DNA of 64,000 nucleotides from an uncultured Verrucomicrobiota bacterium (GTDB lineage Bacteria; Verrucomicrobiota; Verrucomicrobiia; Limisphaerales; UBA9464): NCBI GenBank assembly GCA_903821635.1, contig CAIJLV010000150.1, positions 25,551 to 89,550 of the forward strand, read 5' to 3'. Shown piece by piece: positions 18,969 to 26,527 of this stretch (position 1 is its first letter; each line of letters starts with the position of its first letter). The notes under the pieces were generated by a model. It saw only the letters and a program-made list of their open reading frames with translations, ran no database searches and was not told where the DNA came from. The position numbers and the translations under genes were made by a program.

Positions 18969-19517
18969 TCATTGGTTTGTCGCGGGTGTCGCGTTTCCGT
19001 CGGCGGGTGGTAGGTAACGCGCACAGGCCTCGGCGAAGTCTTCGGCGTGGTAGCCTTTCAGAACCTCAGTTCCTAAGCGCACGTCACGGGGAGAAATCCC
19101 GAAGGGCTTCAGCAGTTTGGCCAATTGAACCGGGGAGATGGGCCGACCTTCGCGGATTTCCGGCAGGGATTTCCCGGCGCAGGGCGTATTGCGGGCAAAC
19201 CCCGCCTCGGCAGCTCTCGGCGGCAGCCCATGAGTAAATGCCGTTCCGAGGCTGCGAATGCCGTCGGCCACCGCGAGGCTCTTTCGGAGGCTGGCCACCT
19301 TCGACTGACTGACGCCCACCTTGGGGGCCATCTGCCGGCCGGACAGCTTTTCAAAACCGGTAAAAAGCACGACCTCGATTTCAAGCGCGGACAGCCCCCT
19401 CTTCCTCAGCCAATCGCTTGCCTCCGTCCGGGAAACCTCGTGCCGTTCCAGCGCTTTCGTGTCCCCTTCGTCATTCGCGTATATTTCCGAAAAACCGAAC
19501 GGAACGCCCGCCTCCAC
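18969..19517 (-). CDS. Composite ORF: HTH (sigma-70 region 4/LuxR-like) segment plus a DUF3631-like C-terminal tail
   Basis: 'LSALEIEVVLFTGFEKLSGRQMAPKVGVSQSKVASL' is HTH-like. 'ISPVQLAKLLKPFGISPRDVRLGTEVLKGYHAEDFAEACARYLP' matches the C-terminus of DUF3631 proteins found on integrated elements. The large N-terminal body of such proteins is absent. Confidence 0.4.
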   Translation of the reverse strand: MEAGVPFGFSEIYANDEGDTKALERHEVSRTEASDWLRKRGLSALEIEVVLFTGFEKLSGRQMAPKVGVSQSKVASLRKSLAVADGIRSLGTAFTHGLPPRAAEAGFARNTPCAGKSLPEIREGRPISPVQLAKLLKPFGISPRDVRLGTEVLKGYHAEDFAEACARYLPPADGNATPATNQ

Positions 19518-20353
19518 GGGGCACTAGAAAGCTCTGCGCCTTCACGCAACAGCTCCAAAAGGCACCGCAGATTCGGAAAAATGGGAACCAACCGAGCTTT
19601 GTGATTTTTCGTGCCCTGTTCGCCGCCAGTCACAGTGAAACGTTCACCGGCAAAATTCACCTCCTCCCAACGCAAGGCCACAGCTTCACCAAGACGCATA
19701 CCCGAACAGGCCAGCAACTCAACGAGCGTGACGGCGTGTTTCGCCCTTGGGTCCACGCCCTTCAAGGTTTCGAGCAACTTCGCAAACTGTTCCCGGTTGG
19801 GAATCACCGGCTTGGACTTGTCCGCCTTGCTCCGCGGTAGAATTTCGGCCGAATTGTTGAGGAGCAACTTCTCGCGCTTCGCCACGGCGAAAACCGACTG
19901 GAGCGTTCCCCGCTCGTTGTTGAAGGTGGAAGCAGCCACATGCGAGGAACGGGCCTGCATCCAAGCCTCGCAGTCGCGGGCGGTGACTTTTCGCAGCGGC
20001 AGCTTCCCGAAATAACCGCCCAGATTTTTCAGGCTTAGTTTTTTCCGAGTGGCGGATTTTTCCTTCATCCGCAACGCCGCAACGCCGAACCATCGCTCGG
20101 CAAATTCGGCAACCGTAACTCGACTGGCCCCGGAATCGTCCGGCAACCGATGGACGTTTTCCCGGTAGTCCGACCGGCGCCTTTGGGCCAACTGGCGATC
20201 ATTCGTCTTGAGGGATTTCCGAAACTGTTTGCCTGCCCGCTTAGCCACAGCGTAATAACCACCGGACTGGACGTGGCGATTCAGGCATTCATCGACTTTT
20301 TTGAAACCCGTTTTTTGGGGCCGGCTCGGCGTGTTTTTCATGCCGCTCAGCAT
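19406..20353 (-). pseudogene. Tyrosine recombinase (phage-type integrase), 3'-truncated
   Basis: The N-terminal SAM-like/core-binding region and the first catalytic Arg ('ACSGMRLGEAVALRWEEV') and Lys region ('TKNHKARLVPIFPNL') are present. After about residue 265 (about nt 19558) the sequence loses all integrase similarity. No H-x-x-R and no catalytic Tyr are present. The tail overlaps the next ORF by 112 nt. Confidence 0.7.
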
Positions 20354-20427
20354 CGGGTTACAAAAACGGCTTACAGCATGTTTCGCCTATCTCAAACGCC
20401 CATCGTAAGTTCTTAGTAAGCAACGTT

Positions 20428-20503
20428 GCTCCGATAGCTCAAATGGATAGAGCGGCGGTTTCCTAAACCGTTGATCCCGGTTCAATTCCAGGTCGGAGCA
20501 CCA
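20428..20503 (+). tRNA. tRNA-Arg (anticodon CCT)
   Basis: Manual cloverleaf: acceptor GCTCCGA/TCGGAGC, D-arm GCTC-AAATGGATA-GAGC, anticodon arm GCGGT-TTCCTAA-ACCGT, T-arm CCCGG-TTCAATT-CCAGG (one C-A mismatch), discriminator A and an encoded CCA. Confidence 0.85.
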
Positions 20504-20821
20504 CTTCCTCAGCAAGGCTCTTACCTGACTTTTGTAGGCAGGCGGGCGGCTTAAATAAACCGCGACGGGGCGGCTACGAAAATCGCTGGCGAAGCACCCC
20601 AACCCGGCCTCGACACGCTTGAGCGGACACTGGGGCAAGCCCCACACCGAAGCCCGCCCCGTCCGCTTCGAATAGAGCGAATCTTAGGCACCCGGGCGAA
20701 GTTTCTCAGCCCGAGCGCTTACCCCTTCGGGTTGGCTTAAAATGCAACCTTCACCCCACAAAGGCCAGGCCAGCCTCGGGCCGTTCGCCAGCGGGGAAAA
20801 ATCACCCGGAACCGGGGCGAG

Positions 20822-23800
20822 TTATGGTTCGATGACGCGATAGTAGCGGAAGTCATTCGTCCCTGCCGTTTGCTCCTCAAAAAGGAACTGTCCGTTGCTG
20901 AGACTGATGGTGCCGGGGGTAACAACCCAGACCGTAGTCGCACCGCTCAGGTCCGCGGTGTGCTGGACTTCAAACCGGCTAGGCTCGGAGGAAAGCACTC
21001 CGTCCGGGTCACTGAAAAGAAACTGCCCGCGGCCATCCGGCGTGCGTTCCAGGGCCCGTAATTGCTGAGGAACCCGCACCCAGACCAGTGCTTCGCTCGA
21101 TACGACATGGCCAAAATCATTGGTGATCGCCACCGAGTAGCGACCACTGTTTGCCCGACTGAGCGCGCCGAAGACATGCGTTGCATTGGTGGCGTGCGCG
21201 AGCGGGTTGCCGTTGAAAAACCACTGATACGTGACCAACGGCGCGACGCCCGCGACCTGCACTTCCAGCGTGAACGCGCGGTTGGTGACCTCGACCGAAT
21301 TCACACTCTGGGGCGGCACTGCGATCACCGGGGGCGGGGGCGGTTGAGTGATGGTCAGCACGACGTTGCCCTCGTGGTTGGTCTTCGGGGCGTCCACGGC
21401 GATTTGGTATTCCTGCCCCGCGACGGCGCTGAACAGCACCCGACTGGCGTAACTGCTATCCATTACCAGTTGGTCGTTCTCAGCGATCAAGGTGAGGGAG
21501 TCAGGGGCGCTGCCCGTGTAGACTCCCAGAAGAGTATCGAAGGAACTGCCGAGGGTATGGATCTCCACCGGGCCGTTTGTGGGGGCAGTCCAACTCCACC
21601 AGACGGACCGACCGCCGAGCTCGCCGCCATGGTGGGGTTCGTTGGGTTGCTTACTGGCACCGAAGATGGAGCCCCGCACCACCTTCGACGTCCCGGCGAC
21701 CGCAAAGCGATGGGCGAAGTCGTCGTTGAAAGGCGCTTCGAACACCGCGAGTTCCGCCCCGGCACTGGTGCTGACGCCGAAGAGATTGCTGACGACGACC
21801 TGATACGTGCCTGAGTCGTGAACACCGGCGTTGGTGACAGTAAGCGCATCGCCGGTCGATCCAGGCACAGGCACGCCGTTGAGCAGCCACTGATAGGCCA
21901 GCGGTGGCGTGCCAGTGGCGACCACCTGGAAGACTACGTTGCTCCCCCCTCCGGTCCCGCCAGCAAAGCGGGTTTGGTCGACAGGAGCCTGGAGAATGTG
22001 CGGCGCCGACGGCGTAATTTCCGCGGGCGACACCGTGAGCGTGATCAGTCCGATTTGGTTGGCGTAGCCATCCACCGCGATCCGGTAGCCCGTGCCAGCG
22101 ATTGCTTGAAAGCGGACTTGGCTCTGAAGTTGGCCGGGAGCGAGGTCATCGTTTTCCGTGACCCTCGAGAGCGCTTCCACACTGTCTCCGGTATAGACGC
22201 TCAAGAGGGTGTCAAACTGGCTGCCAGCGGTGGAAACCGTAACCGCCCCATCGGCTGCGGCGGTCCAAGTCCACCACACCGAATGCCCCTGCGAAACCGC
22301 GGCGTGCGCCGGTTCTGCCGGTTGACGGCTGGCGCCGATGTTGGAACCGACCACGGTGAGGAACGGATCCGCAATCGGCGAGGCGTGTTCAAAGGCATCA
22401 TTGGCATGGAGCGCTCCGGCAGGAAACTGGCGCAAACCCAGAGCCACCCGACCGGATGCAGCGCCAGTGCCATTATTGAATCCGTCCACCGCGATTTGGT
22501 ATTCCACGCCTTCCACAGCTTCGAAGGTGACGATGCTCCGGCCCCCGCCAGCACTGCCCCAGTCCGCTGCCACCCGCGTGAGGTGGTCCACGCGGGAGCC
22601 TTCGTAGACCCCCAGCAGCGTGTCGAAACCGCTGAGCGCAGTGTTCAACTGCACGGGAGCCGTGGCGGGAGCCACCCAAGACCACCACACCGACCGGCCG
22701 CCGTCGTTTCCGGCGTGGTTCGGTTCGCCGACTTCTAGGGTGGCGTTGAGGTTAACCCCAAAGACCAAGTTGGTCTGCCCCGTGATCGCAAAACGGTTTT
22801 CAAACACGTCATTCGCTCCGGGAGCCGGGACCGTGGGTTGCACGAGGTTGAGCAGCACCGTGCCAGCAGCAACTGTTTGGTCATCCGCCCGATACCCATC
22901 CACCGCGATTTGATAGGTCTGTCCGGCGACCCCAGGGAACAGGACCCAACTGCCGGCGGTCGCATTCGTGGGGGCAGAGTCGAATCTCTTGGCGAGCGAG
23001 GTGAGCAAGGCCAACTGCGATTGGTAAACCTCGCCCGATTCTCCGGAAAAGAGCGCTCCACTTCTCGCCAGCGCCCCCATGAAGTCAGAGTCGTCATCCT
23101 CCGCGATCAACTGGAGCGAGGCTAGTTCCGTGCCGGTGTAAACGGCTAGCACCGTGTCGAACGTGCTCCCTCGAGTGGTGACAAGCACCGGCCCGGTGAC
23201 GCGGGCTGTCCACGTCCACCAAATCGAACGGCCGCCGGCGTTGCCCCCGTGGTTGGGCTCACCCGGTTCCTTGCTTGAGTCTAGGTTGAGCTCTGTGACT
23301 CGATTCGTCTGCCTGGACAAAGTCACCCGCTCGGCGAAGGCATCGTTCAGCCACAGGGACGGGTTCAAGTTCAACACGATCTCGCCCTCAGAAACGCCCA
23401 AGGGACCGGCATAACCATCGACCGCGAAACGATAGGTAGTTCCCCCGACGGCTTGAAATTTGACCAAGGACGCACCGGCAGCGCTCCGATTGTCGTCCTC
23501 ACCAACGACCGTCAGTGAAGTCATCGCCGACCCCGTATAGACGGCCAGCACGGTGTCGATCGCACTGCCCACGGTATCCAGCACGTAGGTGCCGGTGCTT
23601 GGAGCCACCCAAGTCCACCAGACGGATTTCCCGCCCGGATTGCTGGCGTGGCGCGGTTCGTCCGCCTCAGTGGTGGCGCCCGCATTGTGGTCGTGAACCT
23701 GCGTCAGACCCTCGGGAAACGTGAGTGCCTGCGCGAAGAAATCATTATCCGGCGCCTGCGCCAACTGGAGCGAGATGGCACCGACCGCCACGGTGCCGTT

Positions 23801-24985
23801 GGGCTCCTGCAAGCCCGCCACGGCGAACTGATAGGTCACACCCGCAGCCGCCCGAAAGAACACCTTGCTGGAAGAAACTTGGCCGGGCAGTTCGTCGTGG
23901 TTGGCGGCCACCGGAGTCAGCGAACTCAAGCTATCCCCCACATACACGGCGAGCACGGTGTCCAACCCAGTTCCGTCCTCAGTCAAACTTCCCGCGGTAT
24001 CCAACTGCACGAGCCCGTTGCGAGAGGCGGTCCACGACCACCACAAGGACGCCCCGCTGGGCACCCCGGCATGCACCGGCTCACCGGCTTCCCTAGTCGC
24101 ACCGAAGTTGTGGCCGGTCGCAGTGTTGGTCGCTCCGATGAGGATCGCCCGGTCGGCAAAAACGTCGTGCTCCAAGGTGGCGAGCACGGTCAAAACCGCC
24201 ACCGAACTGAGGCTACTGCCGGAGTCGTTGGCCACGACGACCCGGTAACCGCCCGCGGCCGCGAGCGTCACGTTGGTGACCGTGTAGCTCTCATTGGTGC
24301 CGCCGGGCAGGCTTACTCCGTCCTTCTGCCAATCGAACACGAGGGGAAAACTACCCGTGGCCGTCACGCTGAACGTGACGTTGCTTCCGGTTTGATCTGG
24401 CACCGTCTGACTGGCCGGCTGGCCCGTGATGGTTGGGGCGGAAGGCGCGACTAGAAGATAGAGGCCCAAGTGGACGTCGCCGCTGGCTCCCAGATATCCA
24501 TCGACCGCGATGCGGTAGGGCGTGCCTCGAATCGCGGGGAAGCCGACTCGGCTGGTGGAAAGTCCCGGCGCATCGTCGTTTGCGACGATCAAGTTCAACG
24601 CGCCCACTGCGTCGCCCGTGTAGACCGCGAGCACCGTGTCGATTGGGCTGCCCTGCGTGTCCACGATTGCGAGGCCGGTGTCCGGTGCCACCCACGTCCA
24701 CCAGACGGAGGCGGAAGCGGGGTTGCCCGCATGGCTGGGTTCCCCGACTTCGCCCGTCGCTGCGACGTTCGAGCTGTGAACCCTGTTCGTGCTCCCGGTG
24801 AGAACCGATTGTCCGGCAAAGGAATCATTCGCCGGCGCCTGGGCCAGCAACGGCCCGGCGTGTCCGGCTACCAGCGCCGAGCCCAACAACACCCAGCGGG
24901 CGAACCGACCCAGGACAGGGAGCGGACAGGGCGCCGGGGGCGGCGGCGCAGCGGACTCGCGCGGAGAAAAAGTGGAGGTGATCAT
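20822..24985 (-). CDS. Secreted 1387-aa repeat protein: seven ~130-aa PPC-like modules, three Ig (I-set) domains and a C-terminal beta domain
   Basis: Signal peptide 'RWVLLGSALVAGHAGPLLAQA'. Seven repeats of 'ND.FA...GEP.HAG....S(V/I)WW.W.AP..G......GS..DT(V/L)L.VYTG....L...A.NDD......F.A..G..Y.IAVDG'. Ig units such as 'YQWLLNGVPVPG...DSGTYQVVVSN'. The ATG at 24985 overlaps the upstream stop (ATGA). Confidence 0.8.
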   Translation of the reverse strand: MITSTFSPRESAAPPPPAPCPLPVLGRFARWVLLGSALVAGHAGPLLAQAPANDSFAGQSVLTGSTNRVHSSNVAATGEVGEPSHAGNPASASVWWTWVAPDTGLAIVDTQGSPIDTVLAVYTGDAVGALNLIVANDDAPGLSTSRVGFPAIRGTPYRIAVDGYLGASGDVHLGLYLLVAPSAPTITGQPASQTVPDQTGSNVTFSVTATGSFPLVFDWQKDGVSLPGGTNESYTVTNVTLAAAGGYRVVVANDSGSSLSSVAVLTVLATLEHDVFADRAILIGATNTATGHNFGATREAGEPVHAGVPSGASLWWSWTASRNGLVQLDTAGSLTEDGTGLDTVLAVYVGDSLSSLTPVAANHDELPGQVSSSKVFFRAAAGVTYQFAVAGLQEPNGTVAVGAISLQLAQAPDNDFFAQALTFPEGLTQVHDHNAGATTEADEPRHASNPGGKSVWWTWVAPSTGTYVLDTVGSAIDTVLAVYTGSAMTSLTVVGEDDNRSAAGASLVKFQAVGGTTYRFAVDGYAGPLGVSEGEIVLNLNPSLWLNDAFAERVTLSRQTNRVTELNLDSSKEPGEPNHGGNAGGRSIWWTWTARVTGPVLVTTRGSTFDTVLAVYTGTELASLQLIAEDDDSDFMGALARSGALFSGESGEVYQSQLALLTSLAKRFDSAPTNATAGSWVLFPGVAGQTYQIAVDGYRADDQTVAAGTVLLNLVQPTVPAPGANDVFENRFAITGQTNLVFGVNLNATLEVGEPNHAGNDGGRSVWWSWVAPATAPVQLNTALSGFDTLLGVYEGSRVDHLTRVAADWGSAGGGRSIVTFEAVEGVEYQIAVDGFNNGTGAASGRVALGLRQFPAGALHANDAFEHASPIADPFLTVVGSNIGASRQPAEPAHAAVSQGHSVWWTWTAAADGAVTVSTAGSQFDTLLSVYTGDSVEALSRVTENDDLAPGQLQSQVRFQAIAGTGYRIAVDGYANQIGLITLTVSPAEITPSAPHILQAPVDQTRFAGGTGGGSNVVFQVVATGTPPLAYQWLLNGVPVPGSTGDALTVTNAGVHDSGTYQVVVSNLFGVSTSAGAELAVFEAPFNDDFAHRFAVAGTSKVVRGSIFGASKQPNEPHHGGELGGRSVWWSWTAPTNGPVEIHTLGSSFDTLLGVYTGSAPDSLTLIAENDQLVMDSSYASRVLFSAVAGQEYQIAVDAPKTNHEGNVVLTITQPPPPPVIAVPPQSVNSVEVTNRAFTLEVQVAGVAPLVTYQWFFNGNPLAHATNATHVFGALSRANSGRYSVAITNDFGHVVSSEALVWVRVPQQLRALERTPDGRGQFLFSDPDGVLSSEPSRFEVQHTADLSGATTVWVVTPGTISLSNGQFLFEEQTAGTNDFRYYRVIEP

Positions 24986-25644
24986 TTCAATTGAGCAGGG
25001 CTCAGGGGAATTGGGTTCCGGGCCACTAGGGTTGGCTCCGAGCGGGTGCCAGCAGGGTAAACTTGGCGGGCTTGGACTTCGCCGTGCTGCATCAAGGCTT
25101 CCGCCTTGAGCGATCCGTTGGGATACCAAGCGAGCGAAGGGCCGTGCGGTTTGCCGTCCACAAACCCGGCCTCCACCACTTGCTTCCCGTGTTCATCCCA
25201 CTGGCGATACACCCCTTGCTGGCGCCCGGCTTCGAGCTGGCCTTCGGAGCGCTTTTGCCCGTTGGGATGCCACGTCGTGCGGAGGCCATGGGGCAGACCT
25301 TCTTGAAAGTGTTCGCACAATTCCGGCCCGCCGTTCGTGAACCAGCCGCTGGATTCACCGTGTAACCGACCAGCCAGCACGGCGGAGCGCAGCTTCACGG
25401 TGCCGTCCTCAAAATAGTCGATGACCCAACCCGTGAAGGGCTCGGGGGCGTCCGGGCGGTAAAACTTCCCCTGCCGGAGTTCCAACTGCAAACGGTCGAC
25501 CGAAGCCGCGGCCGGTTCGGTGGTCCGTCCCCGCTTCAGCCCGTAGACCGTCCCGAGGGCGACGAGGAGGCCCAACCCCAGCAGACAGAGTAGAAATCGC
25601 CAGGGCGTGGCTGAAGCCAAGGGGGAGTGAGGGGCTGGGTTCAT
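24982..25644 (-). CDS. Membrane-anchored MORN-repeat-variant / YwqK-family protein
   Basis: N-terminal TM 'WRFLLCLLGLGLLVALGTVYGL'. Repeated 'G...G....W..NG....E......G...G....W...G' units ('HGESSGWFTNGGPELCEHFQEGLPHGLRTTWHPNGQKRSEGQLEAGRQQGVYRQWDEHGK'). Confidence 0.65.
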   Translation of the reverse strand: MNPAPHSPLASATPWRFLLCLLGLGLLVALGTVYGLKRGRTTEPAAASVDRLQLELRQGKFYRPDAPEPFTGWVIDYFEDGTVKLRSAVLAGRLHGESSGWFTNGGPELCEHFQEGLPHGLRTTWHPNGQKRSEGQLEAGRQQGVYRQWDEHGKQVVEAGFVDGKPHGPSLAWYPNGSLKAEALMQHGEVQARQVYPAGTRSEPTLVARNPIPLSPAQLK

Positions 25645-25654
25645 GGCGCTTGGG

Positions 25655-26515
25655 CTATTGCAGCAGCAACCGGAAATAGGTCGGTGGCGGGTGCGGATCC
25701 GAGTTCACAACTTCGACTCGGACCGTTTTGACCGAGTCGGTCTGGTAACTTGCCCGGGTCACCGCCTTTGCGCCTTCAGCCGGAAGGCGAAAGGTCAGCG
25801 GATTCCACGTCGTCAAATCGGCAGAGCCGACCAGCGTGTAAGTGCGCCCCGTGACGGCGAGGAACTCCAACAGCGGCGCGTCGCCGGTGAGGCTAATGAG
25901 GTTCAGGACAAAGCCGTTCTTCGGGTCCACCGCGTAGGTGCCGGCGTAGTAGGTCTGGAGATAGGTCAGGCCGTTGCCCGCGTCCGCGTCGGGCTTCACT
26001 TGGGAAATATCCACGTTGATCAACCGCTGCCACGCATCGGGCAGACCATCGCCATTCGCGTCCTCACCCAAGGTCAGGTTCAGCCGTGTCCGCAAGCCGG
26101 GTTGGCCGAGACTGGTGTAATCGCCCGCCGACTCGATTGGCAGATACGTCGTGCGACCGATCCGAACCTTGACCCGAAACGGCACAAAGGGCCGCAGCGC
26201 CGTGGGTTGATAAGGCGCGGCCATCAACCCGGCGTCCATCGGGACTTCCAACCGGTAATTGGCTCCCGGCTCGATCCCTGGATTAACCGCGGTCTTGACC
26301 CGAACGCCGCTGGAGGTTTCCAAGATCACTTCGGCTTCGACCGTGTTGAGCGGGGTGCCGTATTCGTCGCGCAGCGTGCCGTAGAACAGGTGGAAGGGCG
26401 CGGGCGGATAGGCTCGAACCGGGCCGGACTGGATCGCTCCAGCCAGCAGCAGAACCAGCCCAAGCCAGCTCCGGTTTCGGGCAGGGACGAACGGGGTGGG
26501 AGATTGAGTGCTCAT
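25655..26515 (-). CDS. Secreted hypothetical protein with a Ca-binding-type 'DANGDGLPDAWQ' loop
   Basis: Signal peptide 'WLGLVLLLAGAIQSGPVRAYP'. A thrombospondin-type-3/dockerin-like Asp-rich loop. The C-terminus is '...TYFRLLLQ'. Confidence 0.6.
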   Translation of the reverse strand: MSTQSPTPFVPARNRSWLGLVLLLAGAIQSGPVRAYPPAPFHLFYGTLRDEYGTPLNTVEAEVILETSSGVRVKTAVNPGIEPGANYRLEVPMDAGLMAAPYQPTALRPFVPFRVKVRIGRTTYLPIESAGDYTSLGQPGLRTRLNLTLGEDANGDGLPDAWQRLINVDISQVKPDADAGNGLTYLQTYYAGTYAVDPKNGFVLNLISLTGDAPLLEFLAVTGRTYTLVGSADLTTWNPLTFRLPAEGAKAVTRASYQTDSVKTVRVEVVNSDPHPPPTYFRLLLQ

Positions 26516-26527
26516 GCCGATTTCGCG

